Shown here: one piece after another, positions 25,139 through 32,000 of the stretch
Layout of the letters: each line of letters opens with the position of its first letter
Numbering within the stretch: position 1 is the first letter of the stretch
From: Sinorhizobium meliloti
GTDB taxonomy: Bacteria > Pseudomonadota > Alphaproteobacteria > Rhizobiales > Rhizobiaceae
Assembly: GCF_017876815.1 (NCBI RefSeq)
Contig: NZ_JAGIOS010000002.1
Location: 1,080,001 to 1,112,000 of the forward strand
Reading direction: 5' to 3'
DNA length: 32,000 bases
Program-made: the position numbers and the translations under genes
Notes under the pieces: model-generated
The model's database searches: none
Told to the model about the DNA's origin: nothing
The model's input: only the letters and a program-made list of their open reading frames with translations

Positions 25139-26167
25139 ATGGCAGAGCTTCAATTGCGCGATATCCGCAAATCCTTCGGCGCCTTCGATGTGATCAAGGG
25201 CGTCAGCATGGAAATCAAGCCGGGCGAGTTCATGGTCTTCGTCGGCCCTTCCGGCTGCGGCAAGTCGACCCTCCTGAGACTGATCGCCGGGCTCGAGGAA
25301 ATCACCTCCGGAACACTTGTCTTCGACGGCCAGATCGTCAATCAGCTGACGCCTTCGCGCCGCGGCATCGCCATGGTCTTTCAGTCCTATGCGCTCTATC
25401 CGCATATGACAGTCTACGAGAACATGGCCTTCGGCATGCAGCTTGCAGGCAAGGACAAGCAGCAGTGCCGCAAGCGGGTCGAGGCGGCGGCCGAAATGCT
25501 GCAGCTCACGCCCTATCTCGAACGCCTGCCGCGCCAGCTTTCGGGCGGGCAGCGCCAGCGCGTGGCGATCGGCCGGGCGATCGTTCGCGATCCCAAGGTC
25601 TTTCTGTTCGACGAGCCGCTTTCGAACCTCGACGCGGCGCTGCGTGTGGCCACGCGCCTCGAAATCGCCAAGCTTCACCGCAGCATGCACAAGACGACGA
25701 TGATTTATGTGACTCACGATCAGGTTGAGGCGATGACGCTCGCCGACAGGATATGCGTTCTGAGGGACGGTCTCGTCGAGCAGATCGGCACGCCGCTGGA
25801 GCTTTACGAGACGCCGAATTCGGTGTTCGTCGCGGGCTTCATCGGTTCGCCGAAGATGAATTTCCTTTCCGGCGCCTTCGCAGAGCCATACAAGGCGGAC
25901 ACGATCGGCATCCGCGCGGAACACCTGGAGATCGATGAACAGGGAGGTGAGTGGAGTGGGACCGTGATCCATTCGGAGATGCTCGGTTCCGACAGCTATA
26001 TTTATCTCGACATCGGGACCGGCGAGCCGGTGATCGTCCGCGAGAGCGGCATCGCCAAGCAGCAGCCCGGGCAGACGATCAGGATCTCGCCGGCCGACGG
26101 CCAGGTTCACCGCTTCGATGCGGGTGGCCGGGCGCTCGGACGGATGCAAATGCGGGGTGCGGCCTAG
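25139..26167 (+). CDS. thuK: Sugar ABC ATPase (MalK-type)
   Basis: AGGAG lies upstream. Walker [10 protein letters not shown], signature [14 protein letters not shown], Walker B VFLFDEP, and a MalK-like C-terminal regulatory domain. Confidence 0.9.
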   Translation: MAELQLRDIRKSFGAFDVIKGVSMEIKPGEFMVFVGPSGCGKSTLLRLIAGLEEITSGTLVFDGQIVNQLTPSRRGIAMVFQSYALYPHMTVYENMAFGMQLAGKDKQQCRKRVEAAAEMLQLTPYLERLPRQLSGGQRQRVAIGRAIVRDPKVFLFDEPLSNLDAALRVATRLEIAKLHRSMHKTTMIYVTHDQVEAMTLADRICVLRDGLVEQIGTPLELYETPNSVFVAGFIGSPKMNFLSGAFAEPYKADTIGIRAEHLEIDEQGGEWSGTVIHSEMLGSDSYIYLDIGTGEPVIVRESGIAKQQPGQTIRISPADGQVHRFDAGGRALGRMQMRGAA

Positions 26168-26210
26168 AACGCAGCCACGAGATTTCGCTCGGAAGTCTCG
26201 GAAACAAGGC

Positions 26211-26232
26211 TGATCCGAAGGATTTCGGATCA
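26211..26232. other. Perfect 9-bp stem / 4-nt loop hairpin TGATCCGAA-GGAT-TTCGGATCA in the thuK-thuA spacer
   Basis: Read directly from the sequence. There is no U-tract afterwards, so it is not a canonical terminator. Confidence 0.4.
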
Positions 26233-26370
26233 TTCCAAAGCCTCAAACGTTAGGGCAGGAAAAGGGCGGGGACCCCGCGCGGTTTTCCCGGCCCGGCCCC
26301 GCGCCCACACTTCAAGTCACGGACAGTCGGCATCCGGCAGCGGATGCCCCAAATCACGAGGAGAATGACC

Positions 26371-27156
26371 TTGTCTATCAATGCCATCGTGTGGGGTGAA
26401 AACATCCACGAGCAGACGAATGCGGTGGTTCGGGAGATCTACCCGGACGGCATGCACAACACGATCGCAGCCGCACTCAATTCCGACCCGGGGATCGATG
26501 CGACGACGGCGACGCTGCAGGAGCCGGAACACGGGCTGAGCGAGACACGGCTCGCCGCCGCCGACGTGCTGCTGTGGTGGGGCCACAAGGATCATGGCGC
26601 CGTCGATGACGCCATCGTAGAGCGCGTCGCCAAACGCGTTTGGGAAGGCATGGGTCTGATCGTTCTCCATTCCGGCCATTTCTCCAAGGTGTTCAAGCGG
26701 CTGATGGGCACGCCCTGCGCGCTTAAATGGCGCGAGGCGGGAGAGCGCGAACGCGTCTGGGTCGTCAATCCGCGCCACCCGATCGCCGAAGGACTCGGTG
26801 AGAACTTCGTCATCGAGAACGAGGAGATGTATGGCGAGCAATTCTCGGTGCCGGAGCCGCTCGAGACGGTATTCATCTCCTGGTTTGCCGGCGGCGAAGT
26901 CTTCCGGTCGGGCCTCACCTGGCGGCGCGGCGCGGGCAATATCTTTTACTTCCGCCCCGGGCATGAGACTTACCCGACCTATCACGACGCGACCGTACAC
27001 AAGGTGCTGCGGAACGCGGTGAAATGGGCGTATAACCCGCAGGGCACCTATAAGGCCATCCACGATGCGCCGAACGTCCCGGTGGAGAAGGCGCTGGAGC
27101 CGATCGTCGAGCGCGGCCCGAGACTGCACCGAGCCGGCGAGGCCGGATATCGATGA
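26371..27156 (+). CDS. thuA: ThuA (trehalose utilisation protein, 3-keto-disaccharide pathway)
   Basis: ThuA-domain sequence [13 protein letters not shown]...LLWWGH...[10 protein letters not shown] favour TTG 26371 (GAGGAG 7 nt upstream) over the in-frame ATGs at 26344 and 26365, which lack a properly spaced SD. The stop overlaps the thuB start. Confidence 0.8.
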   Translation: MSINAIVWGENIHEQTNAVVREIYPDGMHNTIAAALNSDPGIDATTATLQEPEHGLSETRLAAADVLLWWGHKDHGAVDDAIVERVAKRVWEGMGLIVLHSGHFSKVFKRLMGTPCALKWREAGERERVWVVNPRHPIAEGLGENFVIENEEMYGEQFSVPEPLETVFISWFAGGEVFRSGLTWRRGAGNIFYFRPGHETYPTYHDATVHKVLRNAVKWAYNPQGTYKAIHDAPNVPVEKALEPIVERGPRLHRAGEAGYR

Positions 27157-28250
27157 AGGGGACCCCCATGCGTTTGCTAATTCTCGGAACCGGCGGCATG
27201 GCCAACAGCCATGCGAAAGCCTTTGCTGAGATCGAAGGCGTCGAAATGGTCGGCGCCGTCGATGTGGACCCCTCCCGTGCCAAAGCATTTGCCGTCACGC
27301 ACGGCATCGAAAACACCTTCACCTCTCTCGACGAGGCGATCGCCTGGGGAGAATTCGACGCGGCCACCAACGTGACGCCCGACAAGGCGCATCACCCGAC
27401 AACCTTGGCGCTCATCGCCGCCGGCAAGCATGTGCTGTGCGAAAAGCCGCTGGCCGAAAACTATGAGAAGGCCGCCGAGATGGCGGCCGCAGCCGAGCGG
27501 GCCGGCCTCGTCACCATGGTCAATCTGACCTATCGCAACGTCGCCCCGCTGCAGAAGGCGCGTGAACTCGTGGTCGCCGGTGAAATCGGACGGGTGCGGC
27601 ATCTGGAGGCTTCCTATCTCCAGAGCTGGCTGGTGTCGCGTGCCTGGGGCGATTGGGCAAGCGAGTCGAAATGGCTATGGCGGCTGTCGACGAAACACGG
27701 ATCGAATGGCGTGCTTGGCGACGTCGGTATCCACATTCTCGACTTCGCCGGCTACGGTGCCAACAGCTCGGTCGAGCGGGTATTCGCTCGCCTGAAAGCA
27801 TTCGACAAGGCGCCCGACAACCGTATCGGCGAATACGACCTCGACGCCAATGACAGCTTCGCCATGACGGCGGAGTTCGAAAACGGCGCGATGGCCGTGA
27901 TTCATGCCAGCCGCTGGGCGACAGGCCATCTCAACGAGCTGAGGCTCAGGCTGCACGGCGACAGGGGAGCCCTGGAAGTGATCCATACGCCTGATGGCTC
28001 GAGCCTGCGCGGCTGCATGGGGCCCGATGTCGAAAAGGCCGTGTGGCGCACCGTCGATGCCGGCACTGTGCCCACCAACTACCAGCGCTTCGTCGAGGCG
28101 GTGAAGGCTGGCCGCACCGTCGAGCCGGGTTTCCGCCATGCCGCGGACCTCCAGAGAGTGCTCGATCTCGCCATCGAGACGGAGCGCTCACGCCGCGAAC
28201 TCGGCGTGCCCGACATCGATGCGGTGGTGCAGGAACGCGCTGTGGGGTGA
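27153..28250 (+). CDS. thuB: ThuB, Gfo/Idh/MocA-family NAD-dependent disaccharide 3-dehydrogenase
   Basis: Rossmann N-terminus [19 protein letters not shown] and the EKP motif (VLCEKPLA). ATG 27153 overlaps the thuA TGA (ATGA); an alternative ATG is at 27168. Confidence 0.88.
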   Translation: MKGTPMRLLILGTGGMANSHAKAFAEIEGVEMVGAVDVDPSRAKAFAVTHGIENTFTSLDEAIAWGEFDAATNVTPDKAHHPTTLALIAAGKHVLCEKPLAENYEKAAEMAAAAERAGLVTMVNLTYRNVAPLQKARELVVAGEIGRVRHLEASYLQSWLVSRAWGDWASESKWLWRLSTKHGSNGVLGDVGIHILDFAGYGANSSVERVFARLKAFDKAPDNRIGEYDLDANDSFAMTAEFENGAMAVIHASRWATGHLNELRLRLHGDRGALEVIHTPDGSSLRGCMGPDVEKAVWRTVDAGTVPTNYQRFVEAVKAGRTVEPGFRHAADLQRVLDLAIETERSRRELGVPDIDAVVQERAVG

Positions 28251-28274
28251 AGGCCGTAGGGTCACAGGACCCCC

Positions 28275-28303
28275 GCGTGCCGCATTCAAACGATGCGGCG
28301 CGC
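28275..28303 (+). terminator. GC-rich hairpin after thuB (11-bp stem with one G-U, 7-nt loop)
   Basis: GCGTGCCGCAT-TCAAACG-ATGCGGCGCGC, starting 25 nt after the thuB stop. The trailing sequence TCTATTT is only weakly U-rich. Confidence 0.4.
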
Positions 28304-28354
28304 TCTATTTGAATCGATCACGTTCATGACCTAGGTCGACCCGGCCTAATTCAT

Positions 28355-28466
28355 CGCGAGCTAGAGCATTTCAATGTTTCATGGAAACACTGAAATGCTC
28401 GAACCATTTGATCCAACGCACTTCCGGATGGAAAGCCGTTACACACTTTTCCTGGAAGTGCTCTAG
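28355..28466 (-). repeat. Bipartite-hairpin intergenic repeat, copy B (RIME-like)
   Basis: The minus-strand sequence CTAGAGCACTTCCAGGAAAAGTGTGTAACGGCTTTCCATCCGGAAGTGCG...GAGCATTTCAGTGTTTCCATGAAACATTGAAATGCTCTAGCTCGCG aligns with copy A. Hairpin II (28364-28400) is a 17-bp stem with a 3-nt loop. Confidence 0.8.
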
Positions 28467-28819
28467 GCGTGCGAGTGGTGACGATAGTCCCAGACCGCCC
28501 AGGCTGCGATTGCGGCGACGAGCACGCCGAGAATGACGTGCGTCCACATCGCATTCACATTCCCCATGAAGCCGAGCAGCCAGGGAGAAACGATCAACCA
28601 AAGGCCGATTATCATATTGGCCCATTCCTCCCATTCGGCGAAGGCCGAAAGGGTTGCGACCGCAAGGGCGCCGAGCACGATGCCGGCGATCCAGGCGTTC
28701 CACGTCGGCGCGGCTTCAGCCGCAAAGCCGATGACCCAGGGAGAGAGGAACAGGCACGCTGCCAAGACCAGATTTGCCCAATCCTGGCTTCTTCTTCCTG
28801 CCATCAGAGTGTTGGGCAT
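28463..28819 (-). CDS. SPW-repeat membrane protein (118 aa)
   Basis: ATG 28819 with GGAGG 5 nt upstream. Four hydrophobic helices and two SPW motifs (FLSPWVIGF, IVSPWLLGF). The track start at 28858 adds 13 residues with no SD. Confidence 0.8.
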   Translation of the reverse strand: MPNTLMAGRRSQDWANLVLAACLFLSPWVIGFAAEAAPTWNAWIAGIVLGALAVATLSAFAEWEEWANMIIGLWLIVSPWLLGFMGNVNAMWTHVILGVLVAAIAAWAVWDYRHHSHA

Positions 28820-29208
28820 GAGAACCTCCACATGTGAAGTTTGGCAAAGCGTCACCACTCGCGTGCAGCTTACGTTGCAACTCCGTTCGCTTCAGATCGC
28901 ACGGTTCTGTAACGCTTTGAATTGCTGCCGTAATTTTACTCGCAAACCGCGGGTGTTTCAAGGAATCCGTCAAGATTCGGAGTTTTGCCGCCCGCTACGG
29001 CTTACGGCTTCCATAGAGCATAACTAGCTCTTGCGCCTTCGTGCGTCCATTCGGATGCTGTCGAAATCAAAACGGCGGCGGAACGGCCGTCGTGTTGCCC
29101 CTAGGTCCAACTTTTCTCGCCGGATGCGTCGGCCGATAATTCTGGCGGGCTCCGAAGCGCGCGAACCCGCATGGCTTCGGACGCACAAATTTAATCGAGG
29201 AGTGAAGC

Positions 29209-30449
29209 ATGGGCCTTCCACATGCTGAAAAGCGCAACAATGCGCAAGAATCCATCTCCATAGATCGTCGGAGCCTCCTTCTGGGAGGTACGACCCTTGC
29301 AGCGGCGGCTGCGGCGAACGGGCCCGTGGGCAGCGCGAAGGCTCAGGAGCAACCGGCGGCAGGCACCGGCAAGCCGCCGAACATCCTCGTCATCTTCGGC
29401 GACGACATCGGCATTCCGCAAAACAGCGCCTACACCATGGGCCCGATGGGTTATCGCACGCCCAACATCGATCGTATCGCCGCCGAGGGCTCGATTTTCA
29501 CCGATGCCTATGGGCAGCAGAGCTGCACCGCAGGGCGCATCCTTCATTCTCGGCCAGGAACAGTTCCGCATGGGGCTGCTGACGATCGGCATGCCCGGCG
29601 ACCCGCACGGCATACGGGACTGGATGCCCACCATCGCCGACGTCGTGAAGTCCAAGGGTTATGCGACCGGCCAGTTCGGCAAGAATCACCTGGGCGAGCG
29701 TGACGAGCACCTGCCGACGAACCACGGCTTCGACGAGTTCTTCGGGAACCTCTATCACCTGAATGCCGAAGAGGAGCCGGAAGGCTACTTCTATCCGAAG
29801 GACGAGGAATTCCGGAAGAACTTCGGGCCGCGCGGGAGTCATCGAATCGAGCGCGGACGGAAAGATCGAGGATACCGGAGCGCTCAACACAAAGCGCATG
29901 GAGACCGTCGACGCGAGTTCCTTGCTGCCGCGAAGGATTTCATCGAACGCCAAACGAAGGCCGACAAGCCGTTCTTCCGGCGACAAGAACTTCAAGGTCC
30001 ATCTCGACGGCTACGAGCTCACAGAACTGAAGGGCGAGGCCAAGGAACCGCCCCGCGAAGCGGTCTACTATTTCGACCAGGGCGGCAATCTGAATGCGAT
30101 CCGGTGGAACGACTGGAAGCTCAGCTTTGCAATCAACAGTGAAGGCAACATCGCCACGGCCACCCGCGAGACCCCGAGCTGGGCCAACATCACAAATCTG
30201 AGAATGGATCCCTATGTGCGAGGTGCGAAAGAAGGCGGAGGAGCCATGGAGTTCATTGGCCGAAACATGTGGCTCCTGGTGCCGATCCAGGGCAAGATCA
30301 AGGAGTTCTTCCAGGACTTCGACCAGTATCCCTACCAGCCTGGCAGCACTCTGAACGCCAGCGGGATCAGCTATACGTGGCTGCAACAGCAGGCCGCGCT
30401 CAAGCGGCTCGGAGAGTTGGGAGAGTTGGAAAGCCTGGCGCCGCGTTGA
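29209..30449 (+). pseudogene. Arylsulfatase (formylglycine-dependent sulfatase) pseudogene: three frameshifts plus an internal deletion
   Basis: Sulfatase-like translation jumps frames: frame 1 for 29209-29538 (Tat signal [20 protein letters not shown], FGly motif SCTAGR), then frame 2 for 29537-29836 (ASFILGQ...[29 protein letters not shown]), frame 3 for 29838-29912 (VIESSADGKIEDTGALNTKRMETVD), frame 2 for 29915-29977 (EFLAAAKDFIERQTKADKPFF) and frame 3 for 29979-30449 (GDKNFKVHLDGY...YYFDQGGNLNAIRWNDWKLSF...). Confidence 0.85.
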
Positions 30450-30509
30450 TGCACTTCGTCAGAGCCCGCTGCTACTTCCAATAGATGGGCAATGCAAACG
30501 AGAAACGAG

Positions 30510-30537
30510 GATCGCATATTCCAGCCATATTGCGATC
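30510..30537 (-). terminator. Hairpin GATCGCA(TAT)...(ATAT)TGCGATC, followed on the minus strand by a T-rich tract; candidate betS terminator
   Basis: Read from the sequence. On the minus strand the stem is followed by CTCGTTTCTCGTTTG. Confidence 0.35.
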
Positions 30538-30541
30538 TTCG

Positions 30542-30574
30542 GGAAAGGCGGGGCTAAGCTCCGCCTTTCCTTTT
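30542..30574 (+). terminator. Rho-independent-type terminator: GGAAAGGCGG-loop-CCGCCTTTCC followed by TTTT
   Basis: A 10-bp perfect GC-rich stem (30542-30551 pairing with 30561-30570) and a T-run at 30571-30574 on the plus strand, downstream of the sulfatase pseudogene and 18 nt from the betS stop. Confidence 0.6.
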
Positions 30575-30592
30575 CAGATTCCTGGCAATGTT

Positions 30593-32000
30593 CTATCGCT
30601 CTTCGGGCGAGGTCGCCAACAGCGAGGACTCCGGGGACCGTACGAAGCCCGTGTATCGTTCGAACTGAAACAGAACATCGTTGATGATCTGGTTGTCCGC
30701 CATTCCCATGATGTCATAGCCGCGGCTACCGTCCGAAAAGAAGGTGCGCGCCTCGTAACGGACATCTGCCACGGTTGCGTCATACGCGGTGAAGGCGGGA
30801 AGTTTGTGTTCCGACATCTGCACGCCATAGACGAAATCGCGATGGCCTTCGGCCGGAACAGTGAGGGTCAGTGCTCCCGTTTCGGCATCCCGACCGACTG
30901 AAGCCGGCCGAGACCGGCGCGTCAGTTCCCTTGCCACTGCCTCCAATGCCGGAAGAACGGAAGCCTGCAGGAATTTCTCCACCGCCCGCCTATCCGGCGT
31001 GCTCAAGGTCATCGCCAGGCGCCGCTGCCAGGGCACACCGGACGCGGGATAGGCTCTTGGACCGACCGATCCGGGTGATTGTGTGCGGGCAAGATCGGCC
31101 CGCATTCCGACGAATAGCGACCACACCAGAATGAGCATCACGAGGCTGAACGGCAGTGCCGTCGAGATCGTGGCGGATTGGAGTGCCGTCAGTCCGCCGG
31201 TGGAGAGCAGAACGGCCGCCACGATACCGCTGAGCGAACACCAGAAAATCCGCTGAAGAGCAGGTGTCGCCGTTTCTCCGCCGGATGCAATCGTGTCGAT
31301 CACCAGCGAGCCGGAGTCGCTGGAGGTTACGAAGAATATGCTGACGAGCAGAACCGCGAGCGTCGAGGTTACCGCGGGCCACGGCAGATACTCGAAGAAC
31401 TGGAAAAGGGCGACCGAAAGGTCCGCCTTCACGTCACGCGCCAGTTCGCCGTTGGCGATCGTCGTGTCCACGTAGATCGCCGTGTTTCCAAAAACGGTCA
31501 TCCAGAGGAAAGTGAACATGGCGGGTACGAAGAGGACGGCGGTGACGAACTCTCTCACGGTACGCCCACGGGAAATGCGCGCGATGAACATGCCGACGAA
31601 GGGTGACCAGGAAATCCACCATGCCCAGTAGAACAGGGTCCAGCTGTCGATCCATGGCCGTGGCTCGTAGGCATAGATGTTGAAGGTTCGCAAAACCAGG
31701 CTATCGAGATAGAGACCGATGTTCTGGACGAAGTCGCGCATGAGCGTGCCCGTCGGCCCGACCACGAGCACGAAGAGCATCAGCAGTACTGCCAGGAACA
31801 GATTGGTCTCGCTGAGAATGCGGACACCCTTTTCGACGCCGGTGACCACCGAGACAGTCGCTATTGCCGTGACCACGGTCACGAGCAGGAGCTGGACGTA
31901 GATCGACTGGGGGACCCCCAACAGATAGTTCAGTCCGGAGTTTATCTGAAGGACGCCGAATCCGAGCGAGGTTGCGAGCCCGAACATGGTCCCGCAGATC
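30593..32000 (-). CDS. betS: BCCT-family betaine/carnitine/choline transporter with long cytoplasmic C-terminal extension; N-terminus beyond window
   Basis: The BCCT signature region [32 protein letters not shown] is present. About 165 hydrophilic residues follow the last TM segment. The frame stays open to the window edge. The symbol rests on my recollection that betS, with a long C-terminal tail, lies just beyond the thu locus on S. meliloti pSymB, and needs checking. Confidence 0.8.
   Translation of the reverse strand, partial: ICGTMFGLATSLGFGVLQINSGLNYLLGVPQSIYVQLLLVTVVTAIATVSVVTGVEKGVRILSETNLFLAVLLMLFVLVVGPTGTLMRDFVQNIGLYLDSLVLRTFNIYAYEPRPWIDSWTLFYWAWWISWSPFVGMFIARISRGRTVREFVTAVLFVPAMFTFLWMTVFGNTAIYVDTTIANGELARDVKADLSVALFQFFEYLPWPAVTSTLAVLLVSIFFVTSSDSGSLVIDTIASGGETATPALQRIFWCSLSGIVAAVLLSTGGLTALQSATISTALPFSLVMLILVWSLFVGMRADLARTQSPGSVGPRAYPASGVPWQRRLAMTLSTPDRRAVEKFLQASVLPALEAVARELTRRSRPASVGRDAETGALTLTVPAEGHRDFVYGVQMSEHKLPAFTAYDATVADVRYEARTFFSDGSRGYDIMGMADNQIINDVLFQFERYTGFVRSPESSLLATSPEER

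Noticed and set aside
29014-29035. TAGAGCATAACTAGCTCTTGCG, a possible solo remnant of the bipartite repeat ends
   Set aside because: Only short matches to the repeat termini (TAGAGCA and CTAGCTC..GCG) are present. This is too short to separate from chance without a genome-wide model.
29072-29093. The ACGGCGGC-GGAACG-GCCGTCGT hairpin upstream of the sulfatase pseudogene, with a T-rich tract on the minus strand
   Set aside because: On the minus strand the stem carries an A-C mismatch and no gene ends there. On the plus strand there is no U-tract. Its significance is unclear.

Overview
High-GC Rhizobiaceae-type accessory DNA, densely packed with solute-uptake and catabolic operons. I saw no rRNA, tRNA, CRISPR array, transposase or phage genes. 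The right half carries thuR / thuEFGK / thuAB, the trehalose-maltose-sucrose uptake and 3-keto-sugar pathway. It is followed by an SPW-repeat membrane protein, a decayed arylsulfatase pseudogene and a BCCT betaine transporter with a long C-terminal tail. From memory, this order matches the thu-betS neighbourhood of Sinorhizobium (Ensifer) meliloti pSymB; that needs a database check. The left half holds two DHDPS/NAL-family aldolases, an N-terminal class III cyclase with a TPR tail, a soluble PQQ sugar dehydrogenase and two small proteins. It also holds a four-gene dihydroxyacetone-kinase-like cluster (dhaK, dhaL, a SorC-regulator::DhaK fusion, dhaL) divergent from a sugar-type ABC transporter, plus a GntR-controlled TRAP transporter (order QMP) with a trailing flavoprotein. 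Nothing resembles a defence or toxin system. The least characterised biology is (1) the regulator-kinase fusion inside a duplicated DhaKL cluster with no DhaM, and (2) a roughly 110-nt bipartite-hairpin repeat family. That repeat has three copies here, each welded onto the stop codons of flanking genes. The many long ORFs antisense to these genes are treated as high-GC artefacts.
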